Positions 20,902 through 31,242 of a stretch of DNA of 64,000 bases are shown one piece after another; the first letter of the stretch is position 1, and every line of letters starts with the position of its first letter. The notes beneath the pieces were generated by a model. That model searched no databases. It was not told where the DNA came from and was given only the letters and a program-made list of their open reading frames with translations. Made by a program: the position numbers and the translations under genes. The DNA is from Caldisericia bacterium. GTDB lineage: Bacteria; Caldisericota; Caldisericia; JAAYUI01. The stretch spans positions 1,056,001 through 1,120,000 of the forward strand of contig OY771555.1 of NCBI GenBank assembly GCA_963674785.1, given 5' to 3'.

Positions 20902-21947
20902 CAGGTACAGTAACAAGAAAAACTCACGGAATATATACAGTAAAAAATAATGAAGGTGAATTCCTTTGCAGGATAAGCAACAAACTAAGGAAAGATTTGG
21001 TCTACCCAATTGCCAGCAACAGAAGTCTTAGAAAAAGAGTTGTTGAGGTTAGGGATATAAAAAAGATTGACCCTGTTGCGATTGGTGATAATGTGAATTT
21101 CAAACTTGGGGGAGATGAAGAGGGTCGCGGGATGATTGATGAAGTCCTCCCAAGAAGAAACAGCATGAGTAGGCTGGGAGCAGGAAGAAAACCAATTGAA
21201 CAGGTTATAGTTTCCAACATAGACCAAGCTGTGATTGTCGCAAGTGTGACATATCCAAAAACAAATCTTTTCTCAATTGATAGGTATTTGGCAGATGCTG
21301 AAATTTCAGAAATTCCGGCTGTGATCATAGCAACGAAAACAGACCTGCTAGAGGTAGATGACATCAAGAAAGAATATGGAATCTATCAAAGCATTGGTTA
21401 CCCAGTGGTATATACCAGTTCAAAAGATGGCGTAGGAATTGAAGAGGCAAAAGAAGTACTGAGAAATAAAAGGTCTGTCCTTTTGGGTAGGTCTGGTGTT
21501 GGCAAGAGTTCACTCCTGAATGCCATGCAACCTGACTTGGGTCTGAAGGTTCGAGAGGTATACAACAAAACCGGAGAGGGGATGCACACCACAACCCATC
21601 TTGAGATGTTTGAGCTTGAGTTTGGTGGAGAGATTGTTGATACACCAGGTATGAGAGAGTTTGGTGTCTGGCGTGGTCGCGATATGGATTGGGCAACACT
21701 TTTTCCAGAGATGAGACCATTTTTGGGTGGTTGTAAATTCGGAGAGGGGTGCAAACATCTCACCGAACCTGGATGTAAAATAACTGAAGCAGTCTCGGCA
21801 GGACAGATTGCCGTCAGCAGATATAGGAGTTATTGCAAGCTTGCTGGAAATTCCGAAACTGCTGTTCGCAACATCAAAGAAGGTCGAAAGATTGAAACGG
21901 GTCTTATGAGAAGGAACAGAGGAGCTGACCTTGAAAGCGAATACTAG
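20898..21947 (+). CDS. rsgA: ribosome small subunit-dependent GTPase A
   Basis: TKTDL, GRSGVGKSSL, GMHTTT, DTPG and Zn finger CKFGEGCKHLTEPGC. Confidence 0.95.
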   Translation: MTGTVTRKTHGIYTVKNNEGEFLCRISNKLRKDLVYPIASNRSLRKRVVEVRDIKKIDPVAIGDNVNFKLGGDEEGRGMIDEVLPRRNSMSRLGAGRKPIEQVIVSNIDQAVIVASVTYPKTNLFSIDRYLADAEISEIPAVIIATKTDLLEVDDIKKEYGIYQSIGYPVVYTSSKDGVGIEEAKEVLRNKRSVLLGRSGVGKSSLLNAMQPDLGLKVREVYNKTGEGMHTTTHLEMFELEFGGEIVDTPGMREFGVWRGRDMDWATLFPEMRPFLGGCKFGEGCKHLTEPGCKITEAVSAGQIAVSRYRSYCKLAGNSETAVRNIKEGRKIETGLMRRNRGADLESEY

Positions 21948-21983
21948 AAACACTCATATTGCCAATAAAAAAGGAGTACAAAA

Positions 21984-22748
21984 ATGAGTATTTATGACCA
22001 CAGAATCGTGGCACAGATATATGACAAAATATATAATGACAACGAAGACATCAACCTTATTTCTGACATCATTGGTGATCACAGATGGAAAATCTTGGAG
22101 CCGATGTGTGGAACGGGAAGGATAATTAAAGAGCTTGCCAGAAAGGGACACAGAGTTTTTGGAATTGAAAAATCGACTGAGATGATTGAGGAGGCAAGAA
22201 AAAACCTTGCAGAAACAAATGCTGAATGGAAGCTTGTTAATAAGTCTGCTCTTGATGGTAGCTGGGGTGAAGAGTATGACCTCATCATCCTTGGTTACGA
22301 TGCTTTGGTGGAACTTGAAACCGCAAGAGAGCAGGAAATGATGTTTGATTTTGCAAAAACATCACTCAAGGATAACGGTCGTATTTTCATTGATACCCTT
22401 GTTTTCAAAGAAGAAGATACTATTCCATACCTTTGTCTGAGTTTTGAAGGCGAGAACGATTATGGGACCAAGGCAATTTGCAGAGTTAGTAATCAGAAAA
22501 ACTTGAAGAATCAGCAGGTGAAAGTTTCTCAGAAACTCATTTCAAAAACCGTTGATGGTCATAGGTTTGATACTGTTTATCAAAGGATTTCACATATCCC
22601 AAGTGCAAGACAGATTAGAAATTGGTTGATCGACAGGAATTTCCAGATTGTTCATACATATGGTGATTATGAGGGAAGAAACTTGGATGATCACCACGAG
22701 AGGGCAATTTTCTGGGCACAAAAGACTGTAAATGATCGCGAAGAGTAG
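21984..22748 (+). CDS. class I SAM-dependent methyltransferase
   Basis: ILEPMCGTGR motif I; FGIEKS. Confidence 0.9.
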   Translation: MSIYDHRIVAQIYDKIYNDNEDINLISDIIGDHRWKILEPMCGTGRIIKELARKGHRVFGIEKSTEMIEEARKNLAETNAEWKLVNKSALDGSWGEEYDLIILGYDALVELETAREQEMMFDFAKTSLKDNGRIFIDTLVFKEEDTIPYLCLSFEGENDYGTKAICRVSNQKNLKNQQVKVSQKLISKTVDGHRFDTVYQRISHIPSARQIRNWLIDRNFQIVHTYGDYEGRNLDDHHERAIFWAQKTVNDREE

Positions 22749-22757
22749 TTAGTTTTT

Positions 22758-22789
22758 TCTGGGTTATCTGGTAAAACAGATAACCCAGA
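22758..22789 (+). terminator. hairpin, probable terminator
   Basis: TCTGGGTTATCTG-GTAAAA-CAGATAACCCAGA, 13-bp perfect stem right after the stop; weak U-tract. Confidence 0.55.
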
Positions 22790-22944
22790 TTCTCATATCC
22801 ATCCAATTCCTTGATAATTTCCTGTCTTTTTGGCTCACTGAGATTGATATTTAAAACACATTTAGCCAAAATAAAATGTTATTTCGTTGAAAGAACATTC
22901 AAAGTTGGGTAGAATGCCTGGACAACTATAAAGAGGTGGTAAAC

Positions 22945-24522
22945 ATGAAAAGAGCATTCAAACTTGCTTTGTTCTCAGTTTTGATTCTTTCACTCGTGCT
23001 TGCAACATTTGTTTTCAATATCCCAGCAGGCACAGAGGCTGAAGAGGGTGTAGAGATATTTGGTGTTGCATCAAACTCCTTTGGGTACTACATTTATGTA
23101 GCAGATTCTAAGCACGACAGAGTTCTCAAGTATGACCTCAATGGAAACTTCCTAAATGACTTTATCAAACATGACCCAAATGGCGATTGCCCAAGCTGGG
23201 ACTATGAAGGTTTGATTGCAGTTTCAGTTTGTAGAGTTACAGATGTTTTTGCTGTCACAGACTACAAATTGAGAAAAGTTTTTACCTTCAATCCAGATTC
23301 AGTTCCACATCATCCAATTGGTGATCCATCCAAGAACGAACTCCTCACACCATGGCATGCATCCGAGACCGAAATCTATGACGACATTGGTAACTATGTT
23401 GTAGATAAAGATGGAAATAAGTTCAACAGGTACGATCCTCCAAGTATTGATTTCGACAAAGCTGCTGTTGAATGCGATGTTTATGGTGTTCTCAGATTCA
23501 CGGTTCCAACTGGGTATGAAAATGAACCAGCCCCAAAGGGAAGTGGTCCAAGTGAATTTGACAGCCCTGAGGGTATTGCTGTTGACAGACGTGGATATAT
23601 TCTTATCGCTGATACGGGTAATAATAGAGTCCAGAAATTCAGAAGAAATGGCGACTATGTAATGGAGTGGGATGGTACCGATGATGGCACAAAATATGAT
23701 AAGCCCGTCTATATCATTCCAGACTTCAATGACGACTCACCAAACAGATACTATATTGTTGACCAGGGCAATAATCGTATTGTCATGACTGACGAATATG
23801 GTGAACTTATTGATGAGTTTGAGCCAAAAGATGAAGATGGCAAACCGCTTGAGCATATGGTCGCTTGTGCAATTGATATGGAGTACAACATTTGGGTAGC
23901 CGATGCAAAGAATGAATGCATCTATAAATATGGCGCATATGAGGGAGACAAAGAATTTGAGCTTATCCTTCAGGTGAACCAGGTTCTTGACCCACCACCA
24001 CTTTTCACTCATGTTACAAGAATCATCATCAAAAAATTCTTTGGCTATGTTGATGAAGCAACTGTTCCAATCAAACCATACGCACAGATCAAGAATTCAA
24101 GAACACTCCTTCCACTCAGATGGGTTGGTGAAAATGCTCTTACTCAGAGCGATCCAGATCATGGTGTAACATATGAATGTGCCGTTGATTGGGATGCAAA
24201 TGAAAGAAAAGCAACCTTCACCCTTCCAGAGATCAAGTTTAGTGACAAACTTACATACAACAAAACTGTTGTTGAGCTTTGGCTTGGAAAACCAACCGCA
24301 AAAATCAACGGTGTCGACACTCCAATTGATAAGAATAACGCAAGTGTTATGCCAGAGATTATTGATGAGAGAATGTTTGTTCCTGTAAGGTTTATTGCTG
24401 AGGCCTTTGGTGCTGAAGTTATCTGGAAAGACAAGAGCGAAATCCCATATACAAAATATGGTGAAGTAATTATCAATATGCCAGATACTCAGAAGGTCAA
24501 AGAGGTCTACGGAATCAAGTAA
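22945..24522 (+). CDS. NHL-repeat beta-propeller + stalk domain surface protein
   Basis: FDSPEGIAVD...IADTGNNRVQKF; stalk RTLLPLR and RMFVPVRFIAEAFG; GAGGTG RBS. Confidence 0.88.
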   Translation: MKRAFKLALFSVLILSLVLATFVFNIPAGTEAEEGVEIFGVASNSFGYYIYVADSKHDRVLKYDLNGNFLNDFIKHDPNGDCPSWDYEGLIAVSVCRVTDVFAVTDYKLRKVFTFNPDSVPHHPIGDPSKNELLTPWHASETEIYDDIGNYVVDKDGNKFNRYDPPSIDFDKAAVECDVYGVLRFTVPTGYENEPAPKGSGPSEFDSPEGIAVDRRGYILIADTGNNRVQKFRRNGDYVMEWDGTDDGTKYDKPVYIIPDFNDDSPNRYYIVDQGNNRIVMTDEYGELIDEFEPKDEDGKPLEHMVACAIDMEYNIWVADAKNECIYKYGAYEGDKEFELILQVNQVLDPPPLFTHVTRIIIKKFFGYVDEATVPIKPYAQIKNSRTLLPLRWVGENALTQSDPDHGVTYECAVDWDANERKATFTLPEIKFSDKLTYNKTVVELWLGKPTAKINGVDTPIDKNNASVMPEIIDERMFVPVRFIAEAFGAEVIWKDKSEIPYTKYGEVIINMPDTQKVKEVYGIK

Positions 24523-25161
24523 ATGAAAAAAATCGCAACTGCGATACAAACATGGTTTAGCAATATCTGGGCCAGGGGACGATGGACTGTCATCGTCTCG
24601 CTGGCTCTTGTTTTATTGATTGCTACTGCTGGTCTTTGGTTTCCGGTGAAGTTGAAGTGGAAACTCGTCAGATCGTTTAGGAACTTTTGGCGTGGCGTAA
24701 CTGAAGACTGGGATGACAAGTGGGACACAATCGAAGATATGCTTGGTATAAATGGTGTCGGTGATGGAGCAAAGATCGCTGCTGCCTGTGCTGATTGTGA
24801 TGTGTGTCTCGTTGCTCAGACAAGATTTTTCCATAAGTATAATGTCGCTGATGTAAAAGAGATTATCAGGGAGGGGGGAGTTACGATTCTTGAGGATGTC
24901 CCTCCTCTTTTCATAGATATCCGAACAGAAGAAGATTACATCAAAGGACATATTCCTGAAGCGATAAACATGCCACTTGCTGAACTCAAAACTGACATCT
25001 GGCCAAGTAGGCGTGACACTCCACTTGTTATTATTGGTTATGCTGAAACCGATTATATAGAGCTTGGTAAAGATCTTGTTGATAATTGGTGTTTTTACAA
25101 TGCAGGTTACCTTGTTGGTGGCATGGATGTTTGGGATGGGGAGATAGAATCTTTTGAATAA
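24523..25161 (+). CDS. membrane-anchored rhodanese-like domain protein with CxxCxxC
   Basis: FIDIRTEEDYIKGHIPEAINMP and LVGGMDVW; active-site loop VIIGY lacks Cys; CADCDVC. Confidence 0.8.
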   Translation: MKKIATAIQTWFSNIWARGRWTVIVSLALVLLIATAGLWFPVKLKWKLVRSFRNFWRGVTEDWDDKWDTIEDMLGINGVGDGAKIAAACADCDVCLVAQTRFFHKYNVADVKEIIREGGVTILEDVPPLFIDIRTEEDYIKGHIPEAINMPLAELKTDIWPSRRDTPLVIIGYAETDYIELGKDLVDNWCFYNAGYLVGGMDVWDGEIESFE

Positions 25162-25993
25162 TAATTTTGATACACCAAATATTACACAGATAGCACAGTC
25201 TAACAAAAAGGACATTAGAAATAAAAGACTTTTGATCTTTTTTGGTATATTGTTGGCAGCTTTGGTCGTTGTTTTCTCAGTTTACTTAGCCATGAGGGGA
25301 ACGGGAAGCATTTTTTCATCATTTACCTTTTGGGTTTCATCGGTATTTTTTTCCATTAAAAATAACCCACTTGTGTGGTCGATGGGTACTCTTCTTGTTC
25401 TTGTAACCCTGGCATTTATTGTCTTTTTACCAAAACGGAAGACAAAAGATAAAACACCGATGACAACTGCACGAATCGCCGAAATCGGTGTCGTGACGGC
25501 TGCTGTTGCTGTTGTTTATCTTACAACAGCTTGGCTTATCGATGCACTTCTTCCATATATTGGATGTGTCGCGAGAACAATTGCTGTTGCAGTATTTCTT
25601 TCGGGTGTCAGGCACTACAAATGGTGGGAGCTTTTCTTAATAACAACACTTGCTCTTGTGATCACCCTCATCATTATTCCATGCCCAATCAATACGATCG
25701 CAATCCCGATTTCAATGGGGTTTGTTTTGGTGTATGGGCTTTTGAGAAGATATGTCCCAGTCTGGCTTGCAATTTCTTTGGGAACTATTGTTGCATATAT
25801 AGTTATGATTGCATCGATTGCATTTATCAACCCGTCAGAATTCTTGCATAATTTTAAAGCTGCACTTAGGTTCTCAATATTTCTCCCGATTGTAGTTGCG
25901 TTGATTATTATGTGGAGAACTAGTAAGAATAAAGATGTCAGTTGTCAGGGTTGTGACAAGGATTGTGACCATTTCAGTTTAGGAAAGAACTAA
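25154..25993 (+). CDS. polytopic membrane protein with C-terminal CxxCxxxC
   Basis: About 8 hydrophobic segments; IGCV, PCP, CQGCDKDC. Confidence 0.72.
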   Translation: MNNNFDTPNITQIAQSNKKDIRNKRLLIFFGILLAALVVVFSVYLAMRGTGSIFSSFTFWVSSVFFSIKNNPLVWSMGTLLVLVTLAFIVFLPKRKTKDKTPMTTARIAEIGVVTAAVAVVYLTTAWLIDALLPYIGCVARTIAVAVFLSGVRHYKWWELFLITTLALVITLIIIPCPINTIAIPISMGFVLVYGLLRRYVPVWLAISLGTIVAYIVMIASIAFINPSEFLHNFKAALRFSIFLPIVVALIIMWRTSKNKDVSCQGCDKDCDHFSLGKN

Positions 25994-27463
25994 GTGTTCA
26001 TTCCCATTGACAGAAACAGCTCTGAAACAATTACAGAACAGATAGTCAAAGGGATTAAAAATCTTATTGCTGATGGATATTTAAAAAAAGGCTCAAAACT
26101 ACCTTCGACAAGAGAGCTTGCAAACTCTCTTTCAGTCAACAGAAATACCGTTGTTGCCTCGTACGACTTGCTGATTGACGCAGGTATTATTGAGTCACAG
26201 GTGGGGATGGGCACCGTTGTCGTCAAAAAACTTCCAAGAAGAAAAGTGACCTCAATTGGTCACAGATTTCCTTGGGCAGATTCTTTTGTTGGAAATTCCT
26301 ATCCTGTGATTAACTCCTGGGTTTCTAATGTTATTGATGACTCTGACAAACCAATTTCTTTTCTAAGGGCGTATGGTGGTAATGATGAGCTGAAGAAAGA
26401 GTATATTCGGATTTTAACAAGATTGAGCAGAAATATTGGTTTAAAATCTCTTTCTATGACTTTAAATACTGGATATGTCCCTTTGATTAATGAACTTAAA
26501 AAAAGAATAGCTCTTTCAGGTGTTGATATGCGGGAGCGAAGTTTGATGATAACCCCAGGGGGAACTCCTGCCAATACGCTTGTTTTGTCCCTTCTTGTAA
26601 AACCTGGTTCGGCGGTTGTTATTGAGCGTCCAACATATTTCCAGACAATAAGATGGTTGAGATGGAATAACTGTCGAATAATTGAAGTTCCAATGACAGA
26701 GTATGGGATGGATTTGGAATCTCTTTCAAACGTGCTTAGTAGAGGCGATGTCCAACTTATCTACACACAGCCAAACTGCCATAACCCCACGGGTGTGACC
26801 ACTGATTCAAATCACAAAAAGAAGTTGTTGGAAATTGCAAACGACAAACATGTTCCAATCCTTGAAGATAATTACTTATTTTCACATTCTTTTGTAAACA
26901 ATAGAAACCCTTCTCTGTGTGTTTGGGATAAGTATGGATCTGTTATTTCAACTTCGAGTATTTCAAAGTTTATTGGACAGAGCGCTAGATTGGGTTTTAT
27001 TTCTGCTCCAGAAAGAGTGATTGCCCAATTAGAGCATCTAATGTGTTTTCATTTTGGCCCATCAAATGCACTTGCACAGATGGCACTCTATGAACTGATT
27101 ACGTCAAAGCCATTCTCGAAATCTCTTGAGAGATGGACAAAGAAGATAAACAAATTTAAATCGTTAATGATTGATTCTCTTAAGAAGAATGTCGGAGAGA
27201 TTTGTAATATTTGGACTCCGGATTCTCTTTCGATATGGATTGAGACACCTGGAATTTCTGGTGAGGTTATTGCTGCTAGATGCGCAAAAGAGAACGTCCA
27301 TGTGCTTCAAGGTTCATGTTTTGTACCTGAAAGCCACGGACTCAACGCAATCAGATTATCGCTTACTGAGGTTGAAAGTGAGAAGGACATAATAAAGGGT
27401 GCAAGCGTAATTTCAAAGGCAATCCTTTCTGGGCCAGAATCAATTATGGAAACTGGATTCTAA
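25994..27463 (+). CDS. GntR/MocR-family PLP-dependent transcriptional regulator
   Basis: LPSTRELANSLSVNRNTV HTH; HNPTG; SISK; RLGF. Confidence 0.94.
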   Translation: MFIPIDRNSSETITEQIVKGIKNLIADGYLKKGSKLPSTRELANSLSVNRNTVVASYDLLIDAGIIESQVGMGTVVVKKLPRRKVTSIGHRFPWADSFVGNSYPVINSWVSNVIDDSDKPISFLRAYGGNDELKKEYIRILTRLSRNIGLKSLSMTLNTGYVPLINELKKRIALSGVDMRERSLMITPGGTPANTLVLSLLVKPGSAVVIERPTYFQTIRWLRWNNCRIIEVPMTEYGMDLESLSNVLSRGDVQLIYTQPNCHNPTGVTTDSNHKKKLLEIANDKHVPILEDNYLFSHSFVNNRNPSLCVWDKYGSVISTSSISKFIGQSARLGFISAPERVIAQLEHLMCFHFGPSNALAQMALYELITSKPFSKSLERWTKKINKFKSLMIDSLKKNVGEICNIWTPDSLSIWIETPGISGEVIAARCAKENVHVLQGSCFVPESHGLNAIRLSLTEVESEKDIIKGASVISKAILSGPESIMETGF

Positions 27464-27467
27464 TTTT

Positions 27468-28436
27468 CTAGTGTTCATCCTCAAGGTAGAAAAATAATTT
27501 ATCTGGGAGATTCGGATCGACCGTCATTCCGTCAATTGTTGGGTGAGGAAGCAGTCCTGATGGGGTGTCAATGTAATCAACGAGATAATACGAATCATCC
27601 TTATCTGAGTAACATGGCACTTTTTTGTTCAGAATAGTTTTCCAGCTTGGAGCTGGCATTATTCCTTTTCTCATCTGTAATTCTTTTAGCTCAATCTCTT
27701 CTTTTGCAAATCTAGTTTTTGAATAAGTCTTTGGATCAAGTTCTGCTCTTTCCATCTTTGCATCAACCTCGGTTTTTGATGGTAGAAAAAAGATCGATTT
27801 TCTGATCATATCGAGATTGTATTTGTTGTCTTCCCAGTCTGTTGTTGTCGATTCGCTCATAAGAACAAATCCCATGCTTGCAGCTTTATTTCTCTCTGAC
27901 TCTCTTACATCGAACCAGTATATCCAGATTTCACCAGTGACTTCTATGTCTTCATTTTCTGTTCGAGTATACATGGCAGAGGCGAAGGTTGCCTCGCTAT
28001 GTGTTATATCTTCTTCCCCCGGAAACGGTGTAAAGATTGGGCCATCGAATGTTTCAAGAATGAAATCGGAGCTTGCCATCGTATCATCTTTAATTACCCT
28101 GTCAAAATATAGGATTGCATCAGAATGCCCTTTGAAGTTTACAAGTGAGAACTGAAATCTTGCATATGAAGAATCTTTGTTTACCGAAAGTGCACCATTG
28201 GAATCGAATGAATCTGTGTTAACAGCATAACCTTCTGGGACATGAATTCCGATCGGCCAAATTGATGAATTTTCAGGGATGATAAATCTGTAGTTAAGAT
28301 GATTTGATTTGACAACAGATGAAACCTCTGTGTCATGTGAAACATCTTCTGTTTGATCAGTTTGTTCAATATCTTTTCCACCACATCCAGCAACAAAAAA
28401 TACCCCAATCAACAAAGTGATAATAATTTTTCTCAT
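27468..28436 (-). CDS. hypothetical lipoprotein
   Basis: Lipobox VAGC; 322 aa. Confidence 0.78.
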   Translation of the reverse strand: MRKIIITLLIGVFFVAGCGGKDIEQTDQTEDVSHDTEVSSVVKSNHLNYRFIIPENSSIWPIGIHVPEGYAVNTDSFDSNGALSVNKDSSYARFQFSLVNFKGHSDAILYFDRVIKDDTMASSDFILETFDGPIFTPFPGEEDITHSEATFASAMYTRTENEDIEVTGEIWIYWFDVRESERNKAASMGFVLMSESTTTDWEDNKYNLDMIRKSIFFLPSKTEVDAKMERAELDPKTYSKTRFAKEEIELKELQMRKGIMPAPSWKTILNKKVPCYSDKDDSYYLVDYIDTPSGLLPHPTIDGMTVDPNLPDKLFFYLEDEH

Positions 28437-28466
28437 GTAAAAATCCTATTTGAAAATTGCCTTTTT

Positions 28467-28808
28467 TCAAGATGTTGTGGATTTATCAAATACCCTTTTG
28501 TTTTTGTATAGTTTATTGGCTATATTTCTTCGTACCCGATAAATTGTTGATTTGGATAGTTTGAGCTTTTGAGCAATCTCCCTTTTCGGTAGCTTTTTCA
28601 TATACCAGAGGTCAACAAACAACTCTTCATGTTTGGTTAGAACCATGAAGAGATCTGAAAAATCAAGGATCTTGTCCTCCAGATAAGAACTTCTTTTCTC
28701 TAATTTGTCTCGGTTGATTTTGATAACTGATTTAGAATTTGCAGATTTTCGTGAGATTAACTCGATGTATCTTTCCATTTTTTCATCTAACCAGGTTGTT
28801 TTTGACAT
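28467..28808 (-). CDS. small sigma-70 region 4-like HTH protein
   Basis: LTKHEELFVDLWY...REIAQKLKLSKSTIYRVR; AGGAG RBS before ATG 28808. The ORF-track TTG start is the TTGACA box. Confidence 0.75.
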   Translation of the reverse strand: MSKTTWLDEKMERYIELISRKSANSKSVIKINRDKLEKRSSYLEDKILDFSDLFMVLTKHEELFVDLWYMKKLPKREIAQKLKLSKSTIYRVRRNIANKLYKNKRVFDKSTTS

Positions 28809-28818
28809 TTCGCTCCTC

Positions 28819-28865
28819 GGTATTGTATTTATACTATATAGTATAAATACGATACCAGTTGTCAA
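28819..28865 (-). promoter_or_regulatory. 38-bp near-perfect palindrome overlapping the promoter of the HTH gene
   Basis: GGTATTGTATTTATACTAT|ATAGTATAAATACGATACC (28819-28856, one mismatch); TTGACA on minus strand at 28865-28860. Confidence 0.65.
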
Positions 28866-28902
28866 GCTTGAATGAAATATTTTATCAGATAGAATAATTT
28901 GA

Positions 28903-29442
28903 GTGATAAAGATGGATTCAAAGAAAAGAAATATTGTAAAGATAATAGCAGCGGTTATTGTATTTCTGCTCCTGTTTATTTGGGCACTCTTATATTCTCC
29001 CTCACATTGGAGTTCATCGGAATTCTATTTTGATGGAGATGCTGAAGATGCCATTTTTTCACTCATAAGAAATGCTGATCATCAAATCCTTATTCAGATG
29101 TTTTCTTTCACTCATAAGGGTGTAATAAATGAGCTTGAAAAGGCGAAGAGCAGAGGAGTTGATGTTCGTGTTATTGCAGAAGACAAGGAAGAAAACGAAG
29201 AACTTTTGCATACGAATTTTGATGTTAGATGGGATGATTCTTCAAGACTATTTCATCGTAAACTTGCAATATTTGATGCAAAATGGATATGGATTGGCTC
29301 AACAAATTGGACATACTCAGGCTTAAGACATAATGCCGAGGTTGACATGCTTCTCTCCTCAACTGATCATGCTCTTGATCTTGTAAGCCAGTTTGAGAAA
29401 GAATGGCGTAATTCTGTTGAAAGGAATTGGTTTGATGAGTAA
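28903..29442 (+). CDS. membrane-anchored single-HKD phospholipase D/Nuc-like protein
   Basis: HRKLAIFD...GSTNWT...HNAE; RGVDVRVI. Confidence 0.9.
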   Translation: MIKMDSKKRNIVKIIAAVIVFLLLFIWALLYSPSHWSSSEFYFDGDAEDAIFSLIRNADHQILIQMFSFTHKGVINELEKAKSRGVDVRVIAEDKEENEELLHTNFDVRWDDSSRLFHRKLAIFDAKWIWIGSTNWTYSGLRHNAEVDMLLSSTDHALDLVSQFEKEWRNSVERNWFDE

Positions 29443-30763
29443 AAAATACCTTGTAATCGGAAGCGGAGGAAGAGAACATGCGATTGCCTGGGCATTGAGC
29501 CGTGATTCTGAATCATACGTGCTTCCTGGAAACCCTGGAATGGTTCAAGATGCTCAAATAATTTCTGGAAATCCAAATGATTTTGAGTTTGTCGCAAAAA
29601 AGGCAAAAGAACTTGAGGTTGATGCCGTGGTCATAGGACCAGAAGCCCCACTTTGCGTAGGAATAACAGATGTTCTTGAGGAACATGGTTTAAAGGTTTT
29701 CGGGCCAAAAAAATCTGCAGCCAAACTTGAGGGCTCAAAGGTTTTTGCGAAAGAATTTATGAAAAAACATGGAGTGCCAACTGCAAACTCAGAGGTTTTT
29801 TCAAATGAAGAAGATGCTGTTGCATTCATAAAAAAACTCAGTTTTCCTGTTGTAATAAAGGTTGATGGTTTGGCAGCTGGGAAAGGCGTGCAGATTGTTT
29901 ATAACATGTTTGATGCCGAATCGGTTCTTCATGGGATTTTTTCAGATGGAAAATTTGGGGCATCCGGGGAGCAGGTTGTGGTTGAAGAGTTTCTTGTAGG
30001 AAAAGAGTTATCGATCCTTGGTGTCACAGATGGAAATGTAATAAAACCACTTCCTCATTCAAGAGACCATAAACAACTATTAGATGGAAATAGGGGACCT
30101 ATGACTGGCGGAATGGGTGCATTCTGTCCGGTACCTGGAATTAGTAGTGAGTTATTTGAGACAATTAGAACCACAATCCTTGAGAAAACTCTAGAGGGAC
30201 TCAAGAAAGATGGTATTCCGTATAAAGGTGTAATCTTCTTTGGGCTGATGCTTACAGATGATGGTCCAAAGGTGCTTGAATATAATTGTAGATTTGGTGA
30301 CCCAGAAACACAGGTGGTTTTGATGCAGATAGAAACCCCACTATCTGAAATTGTTGATGCAGTTGTTGATGGGAAGCTGGCTGATCTTGAAATAAATGTA
30401 AAAAAAGGTTTTTCTGCAGCAGTTGTTCTGGCATCGGAAGGTTATCCCGGAAGTGCCAAAAAGGGATTTGAAATTACTGGTGTAACAAATGCAAGAAATG
30501 AGCAGCATAGTAAAGTATTCTTTGCTGGTGTCTCAGAAACTGATGGCAAACTTGTAAATTCTGGCGGAAGAGTGCTTGCATGTGCCGGTAGTGGAACTAC
30601 ACTCAAACAAGCGTTGGGTAGAGCCTACAGGCTCACATCAATAATAAGCTTTAAAGGAAATCAAATGAGAGGTGATATAGGAGGTCGCTATGCCAGAAGA
30701 CGTAAAAGTATCTTTAATTTTAGGCTCAAAATCGGATCTAGAAGCTGCAAAAAAGGCAACTGA
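29435..30763 (+). CDS. purD: phosphoribosylamine--glycine ligase
   Basis: GSGGREHA, GPEAPL, LEGSK, DGLAAGKGV, TGGMGA, EYNCRFGDPE, GGRVL. Confidence 0.97.
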   Translation: MSKKYLVIGSGGREHAIAWALSRDSESYVLPGNPGMVQDAQIISGNPNDFEFVAKKAKELEVDAVVIGPEAPLCVGITDVLEEHGLKVFGPKKSAAKLEGSKVFAKEFMKKHGVPTANSEVFSNEEDAVAFIKKLSFPVVIKVDGLAAGKGVQIVYNMFDAESVLHGIFSDGKFGASGEQVVVEEFLVGKELSILGVTDGNVIKPLPHSRDHKQLLDGNRGPMTGGMGAFCPVPGISSELFETIRTTILEKTLEGLKKDGIPYKGVIFFGLMLTDDGPKVLEYNCRFGDPETQVVLMQIETPLSEIVDAVVDGKLADLEINVKKGFSAAVVLASEGYPGSAKKGFEITGVTNARNEQHSKVFFAGVSETDGKLVNSGGRVLACAGSGTTLKQALGRAYRLTSIISFKGNQMRGDIGGRYARRRKSIFNFRLKIGSRSCKKGN

Positions 30764-31184
30764 GGTTTTTGACACACTTGGAATAAGTTATGAAGTAAAG
30801 GTTTCATCCGCACACAGGACACCTGAGCGAACAGCAGAGATTGCAAAGGGACTAGAGGGTCGTGGAATACAGGCAGTCATCTGTTTAGCTGGATATGCTG
30901 CACACCTTCCAGGTGTAGTTTCAGCATATACAAATATCCCTGTGATTGCTGTTCCACTTGCAGGATCACCACTTGGTGGGCTTGATGCACTTTATGCTCA
31001 GATGATGCCTGGCGGAGTCCCTGTCGCGACTATGACAGTTGGTCCAGCCGGTGCAAAAAACTCAGCAATCTTCACTGCAAGAATGCTTGCCCTTCATGAT
31101 GAAAAAGTGAAAAAATCTCTTGAAGATTATGTCGAGAATATGCGCGCAAAATCTCTTGAGGGTGCGGATAATTTAGGGATATAA
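30690..31184 (+). CDS. purE: N5-carboxyaminoimidazole ribonucleotide mutase
   Basis: GSKSD, SAHRTP, AGYAAHLPG, MPGGVPVATM; AGGAGGT RBS. Confidence 0.96.
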   Translation: MPEDVKVSLILGSKSDLEAAKKATEVFDTLGISYEVKVSSAHRTPERTAEIAKGLEGRGIQAVICLAGYAAHLPGVVSAYTNIPVIAVPLAGSPLGGLDALYAQMMPGGVPVATMTVGPAGAKNSAIFTARMLALHDEKVKKSLEDYVENMRAKSLEGADNLGI

Positions 31185-31242
31185 GAGGAAATAAAATACA
31201 CATGTGGGATTTGAAAACCTCTCACATGTGTATTACAGATAT

